This document shows, piece after piece, positions 42,601 to 55,900 of a stretch of 64,000 nucleotides of DNA (positions are counted from its first letter, which is position 1; every line of letters starts with the position of its first letter). The notes below the pieces were generated by a model. That model saw only the letters and a list, made by a program, of their open reading frames with translations. It searched no databases and had not been told where the DNA came from. The position numbers were made by a program, and so were the translations under genes. This DNA comes from Leidyana gryllorum EB-2025a (lineage: Eukaryota; Protista; Apicomplexa), in the NCBI GenBank assembly GCA_048772705.1, contig JBLWGC010000002.1:1-64000 (forward strand), in the 5' to 3' direction.

Positions 42601-43180
42601 GTGGTAAAACACGATATGGAGCGAGCGATGGAGTTCTTTAACCGAATCATTGATAGCTATCGGAACATTTACTCAATTGCCCCCAACTCTGAGGTGCGTC
42701 CGGGAAGTACACATTTTCTGTCTCAACTTTCAGTTTCAGATTCCGTCAGTCGATCAGAATACATTGATACTTCAGAAAGTGATCGCGGCGGCGTGCAGTG
42801 ACAATGTAATGACCTTTTGGCCAAATAATCCCGTAGATCCTTTGGGAAGTGTATACAGAAAGTGGAAAGAGGTGAGTTACCCTCCAGTTTTTGATAGTGG
42901 CCGACACGCACGGTGGGAGAGCACCCGAGATCTGGCGTTCCTGCCGCACCCCGAATCGTTCTACTCGGTGGCGAAACAGGAAGATATGCCCGACTGTGTG
43001 GTATTTCTGAGTGCGAGTGCGGACGGTCAGGTTCCAGCCCGTATATCGAGTAGGGCCAAGAACACCAACATGAACACTTTGACGAATTGGCCGATCCTCA
43101 TGAAACATCTGACAGCCATTAAACCGGAATGGCTGCCAGAAGTATTGCCGCACGTGTACAGACGAGCTGAGGGGTATTAG
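39640..43180 (+). CDS. DEAH-box helicase-like protein (degenerate) with RS-rich insertion, multi-exon
   Basis: DPGLSDFDIL, LKLVIHSRT, SFLVLLPT, IPGVSAIIDCGF, HA2-like ALEYLWICGCID, OB-like HPES...IKPEWL. Confidence 0.75.
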
Positions 43181-43234
43181 AAGGTCTGCACGAAGTCGGC
43201 ATACACAGCACACACATATATCAATTGAGATATC

Positions 43235-43678
43235 ATGCAGCTGTTCACCTTCATTCTCGTGGTTCTGGCGCTGGTGGCGTGTCCGAAATGCAATGGAGGC
43301 CAGCATACCTTAGTCAGTGCGTCTGCATCCGTTGAGTACGAGTCGGAAGATCGTCCTCATCGTCACTCAAAGAGACGCAAGATCAGAGCTCATCGTCACA
43401 GTGACGACGACGAGGATCGGGAGACTACAGAGGGGGAGACGACTACCAAAGCCAAGAAGAAACGGGGCTGGTTCGGCTGGGGGGGTAAAGACGAGGAGAC
43501 CACAGAGGAGCCGGAAAGAGCAGGTCGGCCTCAACGCGTCCCCGAAGTTCTCAGCGAGTATGCCGACCGTCAAGCAGACTTGAAAGATCAAGTGTCGGAC
43601 GTTTCTAAGCAGATGAAGAAGGTCGAGCGGAACACTGGAGACATTCTGGCCGATATGCAGGAAGACATGGACGAATGA
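43235..43678 (+). CDS. small secreted charged protein
   Basis: Signal-peptide-like MQLFTFILVVLALVA, charged middle, coiled-coil-like C-terminus. Confidence 0.75.
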   Translation: MQLFTFILVVLALVACPKCNGGQHTLVSASASVEYESEDRPHRHSKRRKIRAHRHSDDDEDRETTEGETTTKAKKKRGWFGWGGKDEETTEEPERAGRPQRVPEVLSEYADRQADLKDQVSDVSKQMKKVERNTGDILADMQEDMDE

Positions 43679-43709
43679 ATGAATGAGTGATCGCCATCCA
43701 ACAAGGCCA

Positions 43710-44350
43710 CTACCAAGGCACACACGCATTGGGCGCCTTCAACAATGAAACAACCAACCCGATGATGAGTCCTGTAAAGCCATATGAGAGAGGAGGAAGG
43801 ATTCTCACTCACCGTAGAGCGCCAACGCTTCAGCAAAGATTAGTATCAGAATCATAGCCACAAACATTCGGGGCTGTTGGGCCACAGCCCGCACCCCAGC
43901 CTCACCGATCACTCCAATGGCCAAACCCGCCACCAATGCCGACAGACCCACAGTAGTTCCACCCGCAAAGTGGGCATAGGCGACCGGCAGAGAATACTTG
44001 TTGGGCTCACCCACTGCGGGAGAAGACAAGTAATAACAACGGTCAAACACTGTTGTTGGCTTACTCGCTTGGGCAATGATGATACCCATAATGAGTCCAT
44101 AGATCCCGAGGATACCCGCCATGACGACCGGAATAATGTTCCTCATCACGAGGTCCGGACGCATAACGCCGGTCGACGAGATGCCAATCCCGGCTTTCGC
44201 AGTGCCATAGGCCGATCCGGTGTCTGAATAAGTCAATGTGGACCGTCTCGCATCCCAAATGGCGGACTTACTCGATAGGATGGTGGCAAAGGTGATCCCC
44301 AGATAGCCAAAGAGGCTGGCATGGGGGTCGCAACGCACAATGTTGGACAT
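43710..44350 (-). CDS. V-ATPase proteolipid subunit c, copy 2 (3 introns)
   Basis: [36 protein letters not shown]; ends NACVPW. Confidence 0.93.
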
Positions 44351-44567
44351 TGGCTCTCTATAAAAACGGGGAGCGGTCGCGTTTGGCACCGTGGGCGACG
44401 ACCGATCGACGATTGTTTGACAAAGTGAGTGACTGACTGACTGCTCGCTCAATTAATGCCTATATATATCTCCACTCCCGACAAGAAGAATGTTTTCGTT
44501 CCTTTATAACATCGAATGGGGGGCAGAGGGCACAGTCAACAACACAACTATCTCGCCCTAAAGCATT

Positions 44568-45286
44568 CTAGGCGACGCCATAGGGAACACAAGCGTTCGT
44601 CACCGAGATTAGGGAGACCACAAGGCCAATAATCAGACCTGACCCAAAGTGAGTGAGTGAGTGAGTGAGTGAGTGAGTGAGTGTGAGTGACTTACCGTAA
44701 AGCGCCAACGCTTCGGCGAAGATAAGAATCAGAATCATTCCGACAAACAATCTCGGCTGCTGAGCGACAGCGCGGACGCCGGCATCTCCGACAATACCAA
44801 TTGCCAAACCAGCGGCCTGACGAAAAGAAGTTTGACGACACACCGCACACACGCGCGCGCGAAAAGGCTTACCAGAGAGGAAAGACCGACGGTAACACCA
44901 GCGGCGAGATGAGCGTAACCCTTAGCTTGGGAGTATTCTCTCACATTTCCGACTGGAAAGGGGCGAAAGACAGAGATCTATCCACAAACAAAGAGTCCAC
45001 TCACTGGATTGATTAATGATAATACCCATAATGAGACCGTAGATACCCAGAATACCAGCCATAACCACGGGGATGACGCATCTCATGATGAGGTCAGGAC
45101 GCATGACACCCATCGACGAGATACCAACACCGGACTTAGCAGTGCCATAGGCCGATCCCAAGTCTGCTCAGTCAATATAGACCTGCCAACAGCGTCAAAC
45201 CCACTTGCGAATGAGGCCGCCGCAGTGATACCCATCATCCCGAAGAAGAGGGAATGGGGGTCGCAGTTGTTAACGTTGGAGGACAT
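44568..45286 (-). CDS. V-ATPase proteolipid subunit c, copy 1 (4 introns)
   Basis: Same motifs, GIVGDAGVR; ends NACVPYGVA. Confidence 0.94.
44649..44690. repeat. (GTGA)n microsatellite in intron
   Basis: Direct reading. Confidence 0.9.
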
Positions 45287-45374
45287 GGTGGCTGATGCGA
45301 TCAACCAGCTGTGAACTTTCGGTCGGTAGGATCAAAACCCCAAAAATAAAATGATGGCCTCGGTGTGTGCCTAT

Positions 45375-46761
45375 TCAATGTGATGGTGGTGGGGCGGGTT
45401 TATCACAAAAGTCCATCCATTCAGGTCGAGCTACGCTGTCTGTTTCACTCAAAGAACAAGATGAATCTGATAGATTTTCAATTCCCTTGGCCAACGCTTC
45501 CGACCATCGCTTGTGATTCTCCCAATATCGCTTCCCGTAGTTCAGAAATACTTCCTCCCCCTTTTTGATCTCCCGCTTCGCTCGTGCGAACAAACGAGGC
45601 ATCCACACCTTCTTGTCCTCAAATCGCGCCCACTCCACATTGTCGTGCGGCCGTGGCGCGTGATTGATGAACGACGCCGCGCCACGACCCTCCTCCGGCG
45701 TCTGGATCCCATCGATCTCGTACAGACCCATGGTCAAAGTTCCCAAGTAGTGAAACTGGCCTCGCTGCAACGAAGAGCACACACGTGTGTTCGGGGTCAT
45801 CACAGGCACCATGCAGCAGCGCAACACGTTCAGAACACACCATTGCTTTCCAGGGCACCCACAATATGCACCAGCCTCAAGAGGCGGTGTCGTCTGGGTA
45901 CTCTGTCACTTACCCGTAATCGCTTTCGGGCTTCCTCACGAGTGATGATTTCGCCGACATATTCTGTGACTAATTCACCCCGACTGAAGTCACGATCTGC
46001 AAAGAGTCCCCGCCCAGCATCGGGAATGGTACTGGGCCCCACTATGACGCCGTTACCGAGCGTGGGTACACTTCGAAACTTTGGGTTCCCCTTCTCCGGC
46101 TGCAGGAACAGTTCGTTCAGGTGCTGAAATCGAGCAAGCATTCGCTTACGTCCACTGTTGCCAGATAAGACGACCGTCGGCGAGAAGCGCGAGTCCGAGG
46201 ATAGGTGGATGGAGTGGCATTTTTGTTGAGAAGGAAGGGGGCAGCTCGGCGTCGCCGGCGGATGCTGATTAATCTCCTCTTCTTGAGTGGCCCGTAGGGT
46301 TCTGAGTTGGAGGTTTGGGGCGGATGTTTCGTAGCGTCACTTTCCCAACCGTCGTCTTCGTCGTCGTCGTCACTCTTGACGCTGGCGTTTGTACTGTGTG
46401 TTTGCGCAGTGTGGGTTTTGGGTGGGTCCGGTGGGGCGGACGGCCACTTTGGGCACGTGAGGGGGAGGTCTACATAGCACTCATCGGAATCGGTATCAGA
46501 GCATTCGTCACGGGGCGGGTCATTGACGGCTGACTCTGATTCTATGTCAAGATCGACCTGTATTTCAACATAGCATTGTTCTTCGGCAATATCGTCATCG
46601 TCGTCTTGTCGTCTGATGAGTGTGGGGGCGGCGTTGCGGTTATGATTGTTGCGAGGAATGTGTACAGTGACGACTTTGGGAGAGAGAGAGTGTCTGCGGG
46701 GTGTGGGGCGATTGACGTTGCTGGGGTTGGTGAGTGCTCTAAGCTTATGGGGGTGTGACAT
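45375..46761 (-). CDS. SET-domain lysine methyltransferase, multi-exon
   Basis: GRGLFA, EYVGEII, FINH, IKKGEEVFLNYG; start codon uncertain. Confidence 0.85.
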
Positions 46762-46933
46762 GAGTTTGGCCCATTTGGGTGTCTTTGTGGAGGGGTGGGT
46801 GAGGGTGTTTGGCGTCAAGGGGAGACAGGATTGGGGTTTTTGCGCGGTGTCTCCCCGGCGGTCAATTGTTGAGAAGACTTGTTGCCAAGTTTTGTGTATA
46901 ACACATTTGGAGAGTCTCTTCACTACTTGAACA

Positions 46934-49900
46934 ATGGTGGAGAGTCGAACGCCTGATCGAGTAGAGGCTGAGAGTCCCCCTGCAGTACCTTTGTCGAATG
47001 TGAGCCCTTTGGCTAATGTACCGCGTCGGGGTTACAGTTCCGAAATGACGGCAGTGTTCCGGAAGTGGAATTGTAACCCGTTTGCGTTTGCTTTGGACCG
47101 GTGGAGTCGTGAGATCCGGAACGAAGAGATGGCTGCGTGGGTTGGGTCTGACGGTTATGTGAATCAGTCCTTATCCTACGGCGAGGTGCATATGCAAGTT
47201 CGCAAAGTGGCCGCTTATCTCCGGTCCGAGGGCATTGAGCGTGAAGACCGTGTGGTACTGTGTTTTACTCCGGGGCTTGATTTTATAGTAGCATTTCTGG
47301 CGTGTGTCTGTTCTGGTTACGTGGCCGTGCCAGTGTACCCCCCCACTCCCGCTAAGGCTCAGTTTGAAGTGCCGAGATTCTGCGACATTATTGAAACCTC
47401 TGAATCCAAGTTAATACTGACTCATACTACTTACTACCGCGTTAGTCGTTTGGTTAGCGCTATTACCTCTGATCGTCGGTGGCGAGGCCTCAAATGGCTG
47501 AACATCGGCGATGCCTCCAGCGCTGTGTCGCCGACCACTGCTCTCGCTTTCCAGTTCCCTCGCTTACAACCCAACTCTGTCGCTTTCTTGCAATTTACCA
47601 GTGGTTCGACCAGTCGCCCCAAAGGAGTCGTCGTTACCCACGGGTCTCTTCTGCACAATGTGCACGCTGCCGTCGCAGCCTTTAGTTTTGACACATATTA
47701 TGAAACCCCCAATGAAGAGTTATTGGCACTCAAACAGTATCAACTTATCGATTTCGACCAGTTCTGGGATCTCAGACACGCCATCTCCAAACGAGTCTAT
47801 GGACATAGAATACGCACCTTCAGTTGGCTACCGGTCTATCACGACATGGGCCTCATCGGCTTCACCTGTGCACCGTTCATCTTTGGTGGACACTGTTATC
47901 AAATGTCGCCCATAGACTTTATCCGCCGACCCCACATATGGCTCGAGGCAATGTCACGATACACCTGTTGTTTCTGTGCCGCACCCAACTTTGCATTTGA
48001 AGTAGTTTGTAGAAAAATGCCCGAAGACGTCTTCAAGAAACTCGATCTCTCCAAGATGTGCGGCTTCCTCAGCGGTGCTGAACCCATCAGAGCCTCCACC
48101 ATACGCAAGTTTGCCGAAAAGTTCGCCCCAGTCGGCTTCAGACCCGGCATGTACAAACCAGCCTTCGGCTTGGCCGAGAACACTCTCATTGTCACAGGAG
48201 ATCTCGAACCCGCTGAGCCCCCCCTCATCATCGCTGTCAAATCCCGAACCCTACAGCAACAAGGCCAAGTCGAGATCCTCGCGCAGGAGAAACTCGATAT
48301 CACTCAACCCTCAACACTCGTCGATCTCGGCGACCCTCGCTCCTTCATCACCTATGTCGGCTGCGGCCGCCCCTGCCGCACTATGGACGTTCGCATCGTG
48401 GATCCCAACTCGATGACGGAGGTACCGCCCGGGAGACAGGGCGAGGTCTGGGTCGACGGAGACTCTGTCGCCCGCGGATACTTCAATATGCCCGAACTCA
48501 CTGAGCAAATGTTCTACGCTTCCTTCAAGACTTACGCTGACAAAAAGCAAACTGAGGAAAAGTACATGAGAACCGGAGACGCCGGTTTCTTCTACGACGG
48601 ACAGCTCTTTGTCACGGGACGCCTCAAAGATCTCATCATTGTCCGAGGACGCAATTACTATCCGCAGGATATCGAAGAGGCTCTCGAAGCCATCGGCGAC
48701 CTGCGACCCGGCAACATTGCCGTCTTTTGTGTCACTGAAGACGGTGAGGAAGTCGAAGAGATCGGTATCGCCGCCGAAATCAGAATGGAAGCCGAAGGAC
48801 TCATCACGGGATTCTTCAACAAGTTCAGAGGCACCAGCCAAGCGCAACAGGAGAGATTACAATCTGTCGCCAAAGAAATACTCAAGAAGGTCAGCAACCA
48901 GTTCGGCCTCTCTGTGCGTACTGTCTGGTTACTCAAACCCAAATCCATACCCAAAACCTCCTCGGGCAAAATCAGACGAGCCCCCACCAAAGAAATGCTC
49001 TGTGGATCAGGTGATCAGGTCGCCGTCGACGTCCTCTTCACCTACAATGCACGCGAACGCGCTGGAGACTCCATGACAAGTCCACTGCGGCCCGCCTCAC
49101 CCGTACCCGAGCCGACTGAACCCTCGCCCTCACCGGATCAACCATCTCTGCCCGCCGAAATTGCAGCCGAAACTGCAGCTTCGAACCTCGTCACCCGCGA
49201 AGTTATCATCGATGGCCAGACCTTTGTCGAACCGTCTCTGGCCGCAAACACGAACTTCCAAGTTCACGAACAGTACACACACAGAGTTAAGGAAGCTGTT
49301 GAGGAGTGCGTACGCTCTGTCATTGGTTATGAAAGTATGCCGGACCTCGACGCTCCCCTCTATGAATTGGGCGTTGACTCCATGGTGGCGGTACAGTTCG
49401 CTGAGGCAGTCGGCAAAGACCTCGAACTCGACATCGAGCCCACTCTGCTCTTCAACTACCCCACACTCAATGACATAATTGACTTCCTCGCACGCGAGCT
49501 CAGCTCCAAGGAGCAGGAAGACTTCATCCCGCCCGTCGTCGCTGCCTCACCCCGAAATGCTGTCCAGGGCGGAAGCGAAGTAGCCATCATCGGTGCCGCC
49601 TGCAACCTTCCCGGCGGAAGCAACTCCCCAGAAGCTCTCTGGAAGCTCCTTATCCGCTCAGAAGATGCCATTGTTGAGGTTCCTCCCTCCAGATGGGACA
49701 TCGAGGAGCTCTATGATCCAGATCCAGATTGCGAAAACAAAATGTACGTCCGCGAGGGTGGCTTCATCGCCGATGCTGAATACTTTGACGCCGCTGCATT
49801 CCGGATAAGTCCCTCGGAGGCACACTCCATGGACCCCCAACAACGTGGGCTCTTAGAATGCTCCTACGAAGCTTTCGTCGATGCCGGCTACTCACGTGAA

Positions 49901-52900
49901 CGACTCCAACGCAGCCACACCGGTGTCTATGTGGGTTGCTGCAGCAACGAATGGGCCTTCGTCAACCGTGAAACCGACTCTACCATAGGGTCCTATACTG
50001 CTACCTCCACTGCAGCTTCTATCATTAGTAACCGTATCTCATACGTCTTCGGCCTTCTCGGCCCCTCCCTCACCGTCGATACCGCCTGCTCGTCTTCGCT
50101 GATCGCTATGCACTTGGCCTCGCACGATCTGCTCAGTAACAATTGCCAAGCTGCCCTGGTCGGCGGTGTAAACCTCATGCTCGCACCCCAAGTCTTCATC
50201 GCCTTCTGCAAGGCTAGAATGATGGCACCGGATGCCAGATGCAAAACCTTCGACTCCTCCGCTAATGGATACATCCGTGGAGAGGGATTCGTGTCCATCG
50301 TACTCAAAGTCATGAGCCGAGCTGTTGCCGACCGCGACTCCATCATGGCTGTTGTGAAAGCTACAGCCCTCAATCACGGAGGCAGAGCCGCATCATTGAC
50401 CGCACCCAACGGACCAGCACAGAAAGCCGTCGTCATGGCTGCTCTCCGAGGCGCCAACCTCAGCCCCAGCGATGTGAACTACGTAGAAGCACATGGCACG
50501 GGTACCGCGCTCGGCGACCCTATTGAGGTGAACGCCTTGAAGGGTGTGTTTGCTGCCCGACGATCCACCGACAATCCGCTCATCCTTGGTGCAATCAAGA
50601 CCAATATCGGCCACTTGGAAGGCGCTGCTGGTTTAGCTGGACTTCTGAAAGTGGTGATGTGTCTCCAACATGGAATGGTTCCCCCCAACCTGCACTTCAA
50701 ACACGTGAACCCGCACATCGACCTCAAGGACTTCCCCGTGGCCATACCCACCGTTGGCCAGCTGGTTGAGCTCAAACCTGGGCTCACCTACTCCAAACGG
50801 GCGGCTGGTGTCAGTTCCTTCGGTTTCGGCGGCAGCAATGCACACGTCATCATTGAAGAGTCCGATCGCTCGGTTGTTCGCACCGATCGCACACGAATTG
50901 ACGATGAGCCCGTTGATGTTGCATTCATCTTCAGTGGACAAGGAACCCAATTCTTGGGCATGGGTCGTCATTTCTATGACGAGGAACCCGTTTTCAAGGA
51001 AGCCTTGTTGGAGGTCGAAAGGGAGCTGGACTCGTACCTGCCCATGCCACTAACAAGTGTTCTTTACCCTGAGGGCACCACCGATATTAACATGTCGGAA
51101 GCGGCTTTGGACGACATGACGTACATGGAAGCCTCCATCTTCGCCGTACAGTACAGTTTGGCTCGCCTTTGGCTAAGCAAAGGTGTTACTCCAGACGCCG
51201 TGATGGGTGTAGGATCTGGCGAAATGGTGGCTGCTACCATAGCAGGCATCTTCACCCTCTCTGACGCTCTCAAGATCCTTGCCAAGAAAGCCACCATCGT
51301 TTCCTCAGTATGCGCGGGTGAACGTGGCGCTATGGTCAGAGTACGTGCGTCACCTGACGACATCGAGATGGCAATCGCCGAAGTCGGCCCCGAAACGGCT
51401 GGATCAGTCGGAGTGGCATCTGTGGACGCCGAACGATCAATCTTGTTGACTGGACTTCGGGCAGAAATCGAATTGGTCTTATTAAGTCTCGGTCAGGCGA
51501 ACGGACGGGGTGTCAAGTACATACGGTGTGACTATCCACTACAGTCACCGCTCTTCAAGAGCCGTGTCACAGAGTTTGGAGGACTATTGACTCAAGGCAT
51601 CACCATGCGTCAACCCAAGATCAAGTTTGTGAATCGCCGAGGTAACTTTGCCGGTGACGAAGTGACTACCGCTTCTTATTGGGCGAGGCATCTCACCGAC
51701 ACCTTCTACGTGGGTGAAGGCTTCAAGCAATTGATTGCTGCTGACTGTCGTGTTGTGGTCGAGGTGTCTCCGAGACCTTCTTACTACCAGATGGCTGTTC
51801 AGAATGTGAACTTCATGTCTATCGATCTGCACTGGGTGTCAGCCATGGCCACCAGCGCGACCACCGTGGTCAACAAGAACTTCTCCACGGTTGAAGATGT
51901 CAGAACCCTCACTGAAAGCATTGAGCTGTGCCGTGAGGTTGCAGAGGAGATGAAGACGCGCAGAGACAACTCTTTGGCCGTGAAGCGCACGTCCAAACGC
52001 CTTCCGTTCCCCTGGCGTGAGATCCCTCATCCTTTGGTGTCCGCCAAGAAGCAGACCAATCTGCGGAACGGAGATGTCCAATTCAAGACCGATCTGCCAC
52101 CTCGCGCCCTCAGTCTGCTGAGCGACCACGTGGTAAACGGTGTAACAATGTTCCCGGGTGCCGGATTCCTCGAGATGATGATTGCTTGTGGAGCTGAGCT
52201 TGCCTTGACGGATCCCGTGTCCACAGCTGTTGTCATTGATGGAATGTCTATCGAGTCTCCTCTCATTCTACCAACCGTCAACCCGGGCGCCTTCGACTTC
52301 CAGAAGGACAAGACTGAGCTCAGAACAAAGAAGAGCGTCGATTCTCCGAAAGTCTACCGCACACCGAGACGATCTCTTCTGACTGACAGCTCTCCTCGTA
52401 ACGATCTTCCTACAGATCGGCAACGGCGACAGATCATTGAAGCCTCCGCTGACCACAGAGAGTTCCACTCAATTCGGGACTTCCAATCCGGAGCTGCTCA
52501 CTACGGATCCGCTGGTGGTGCCTCTCATCAGCCTTCTCCCTTCGCTGAATTGACTGCTGCCACAGCGATCAACGCTGCCGTTCCGCCCGCTTCCATGTCA
52601 CCCAAGCCAGCCTCGGCTGCGATGGTCACCCTCGAACCTATCGGTGATTCTCAACCAGTGATTGTCGGGCCGCGGGCTCCATCAGCCCCCATGTCAGAGG
52701 CTCCCCGTGCCAGCGCACCGCTGTCAGTCCTCTGTACCGTCTCTCCGAACAAATTGGTCACCGTCAGTTCGGTGAACGACGAAGGCGACAACGGGTCGAC
52801 TGAGATCGTCCACTGTGTCGGACAGATCAACACTAACGGACTTGCGCCTGCGCCGAACGCTACAAACTCTATCTACGAGGCGTGGAACCGTTGCAATGAG

Positions 52901-55900
52901 AACGTTGAGGTGGACCAAATCTATCGAAAGCTGCGCGAAGTTGGACTGCACTACGGCCCGCGTTTCCGTCCCATCCAGGAAGTCCGACGCGGTGACAACG
53001 AAGCTGTTGCTCGCCTTATGGTGGTCAAGACTGACTCTCAGAATATGTTGGAGTTCGAAAAGGGATTCCTCATTCACCCAACATTGCTCGATGGTGCATT
53101 CCAGGCCACTGGCTGTCTGCTCGAGCCCCTACGTGGATCCTCCACAGCTTTGGTGCCTGTCAGTATCCGCCGCAGTGTCATGCACACCTCGAAGGGAATG
53201 ACTGAGTGCTTTGTGTGGGCCAACGTGGACTCTGTCAACGACAAGAGTGCCACAGTGACTGTACGGATGTACGCCAAGTGTCAAGGCAACGAGTCTCCTA
53301 TCGCTATCCTCGAAGGTGTCGTGTTCAAGAAGATGGAGTTGCGTACTCACATCCAGGCAGAGATTCCCCGCGAACTCCTTTGGGAAGTCGAGTGGGAAGA
53401 GGTGAAGGATATGGCCAGTAACGCCCCAGAGAGCTCGAATCCGGCCGCTATTGCCAACTCTGAAGCGCAAGCCAGTCACAACGATGCCTCGAGTACAATG
53501 GAGAGTCTGCCGTTGATAAGCCCTGGAGCTCCAATTGCGGCCCCCAACGTTAACGGTCTTCATCTGCTCATCTGTTACCACCAGATGCAAGCTGAGACAC
53601 TGAAGAGTAGCTGTACTTCTGCTCACCCGACTGCAACTTTCGAGACAATGGTTTTGGACAAGCTGACCAGCGTGAATGTGACTTTGTTCGAGAATCTTCT
53701 CAAGACGAAAAAGTACGACTCTCTGCTGTACATGGCGAGCACTGACGGTACTATGGAAGCAGTTCATGCGCTTACACAGGCCACGGAGTTACTGAAATCG
53801 TATGCTGCTGCGTGCACTAAAGAGAGTGGTACAGACAAGAAGCGACCGACGATCCTCTTCTTCACGATGAACTCTGTATATACTCACAAGGGAGTAATCA
53901 ATGTCGAATGCCCCTCCCCACGAGAGCTCCCACAGCGTTCTAAGATCGGCCTCCCTGAACCAGTCCATGCCGGCATCTGGGGTCTGGTGCGAACGGCCAA
54001 GTTGGAGATTGAATTGAGCACAGAGCGATATGAGAACATCGGATGTGTCGACTTGGACTCCACTCTTCCCATTGAGAGTCAGATCGCTTATGCTTTGGCA
54101 CACGAAGTTGGACCCGATCCGGAACTGGCGTTACGGAACGGTGGAAACGGTGAAGTTCTGCGTCACGTGTCAAGATTGGTGCAGTCGGCTGAGCGTGTTC
54201 GGGGCGCTGTTGAGATTACAATGCGGGAAAGAGGTTCTCTGACCAATTTGTCTCTCAGACCTTTGGCCTTCTCTGCCAGAATAGCTCCCACAGCGGATCA
54301 GATTGAAGTTCGAGTCCGCGCTGTCGGCCTAAACTTCAGAGACGTCCTCAACGTTATGGGACTGTACCCTGGCGACCCGGGCCCACCGGGTGCTGATTTC
54401 GCCGGTACCGTCGTTGCAGTGGGCGAAGACGTGGAAGATTTGGCCGTCGGTGACGACGTGTTCGGTATAGCTCCCGGGTGTCTCAAGAGCTTTGTCACTA
54501 CCAAACGAGCTTTGGTGACCACCAAACCTCTCGAGCTGAGCTTCTCCGAAGCCGCATCGTTACCTGTTGTCGCAACCACAGTCCTGCACTCCCTACGCGA
54601 CCTCGTTGACCTTCGCCGAGGTCAGAAAGTGTTGTGTCACGCTATTACTGGTGGTGTTGGCCAGTTGGTGGTCCAATACTGCCGTCTCGTCGGAGCAGAA
54701 GTATATGGAACTGCCAGCCAGGCTAAGAGAGACTATGCCGTCGGCCTCGGTTGTCGAGCTGTCGCGGAGAGCAGAGATGCTGCAGTGTTCTTGAAAGAGA
54801 TGACCGAAGCTTTGAAGGGCGAAAAGTTCGATGTGATTGTCAATAGCTTTGTTGGGGATTACATCGACAATTCATTCGCCTTGTTGAAGGATGACGGGTA
54901 CTTTATCGAGTTGGGCAAACGTGACATTCGCCCAGTGGAGGTTGTCAAGGAGTCCCACCCGAAGGTGAAGTATCACATTGTGGCTATCGACGATATGATT
55001 GACAACGATCCTGAGACTTTCGGACACCTCCTGAACTCTGTTCGAGACGCTGTGGACACTGATCGTTTGACACCTCTGCCGGTGACTTGCTTCCCGGTGA
55101 CCGAGAACGACGAACAAGCGCAAGAAGCCTTCCGCCATCTGCAACGTGCACGCCACCTCGGAAAGGTTGTTGCCGAGTTCCCGTCTGCTCTCGGGCAGCT
55201 CTGCGAAGGTGGATATTACGTCGTGACCGGAGGTTTGGGAGCACTGGGTTTGGTTGTGGCCAGTTGGTTGATTGAAGAGGGCGCCAAACACGTACTTCTT
55301 GTGTCTCGTCGTGGTGTCCCGAGACCAGAAGACACCCTCGCTGCCATACAGCTTCAGTGGCTCAAGTCGCTCCCGGGTGTCAATGTGGAGTGTGCGGCCT
55401 GCGATTTGAGCGAATACGACCAAGTTCAAGCCTTCTTGACCGAAGCTCGACGTACTCGCCCTATTGTGGGCATTATACACGCCGCCGGCGTCTTGGACGA
55501 CGGTCTGCTGGCCCAACAGAACGGCGAAAAGATGCAGAACACCTACAGCGCCAAAGTTGTGGGCGCCAGAAACCTCCACACTGCTTTGCAGACCGGACAT
55601 GGTAGCGATCTGCACCACTTTGTGGTGTTCAGTTCGGTTGCCAGTCTGTTCGGCAATCTCGGACAGGCAAACTACTCCGCCGCCAACGCAGCTCTCGATG
55701 CCCTGTGTGAGTACAGAAGAGCACTCAATCTACCTGCGGTGTCTGTGCAATGGGGTCCGTGGATAGAGCAAGGAATGGCCTCAAAGTTCCGCGCTCAACT
55801 GGACAAAGTGGGAATGAAGGGTATCACCAACGAGCTCGGCCTCAGAGTTCTCGCAGACGTGATGGCTCGGGCTCAAAAAGTCCGGCCCGTCGTCGGATGT

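Noticed and set aside
21899-51850. Cluster of pseudoenzymes as one functional system
   Set aside because: Unrelated families with no shared regulatory signal visible; fast lineage-wide evolution is a simpler explanation
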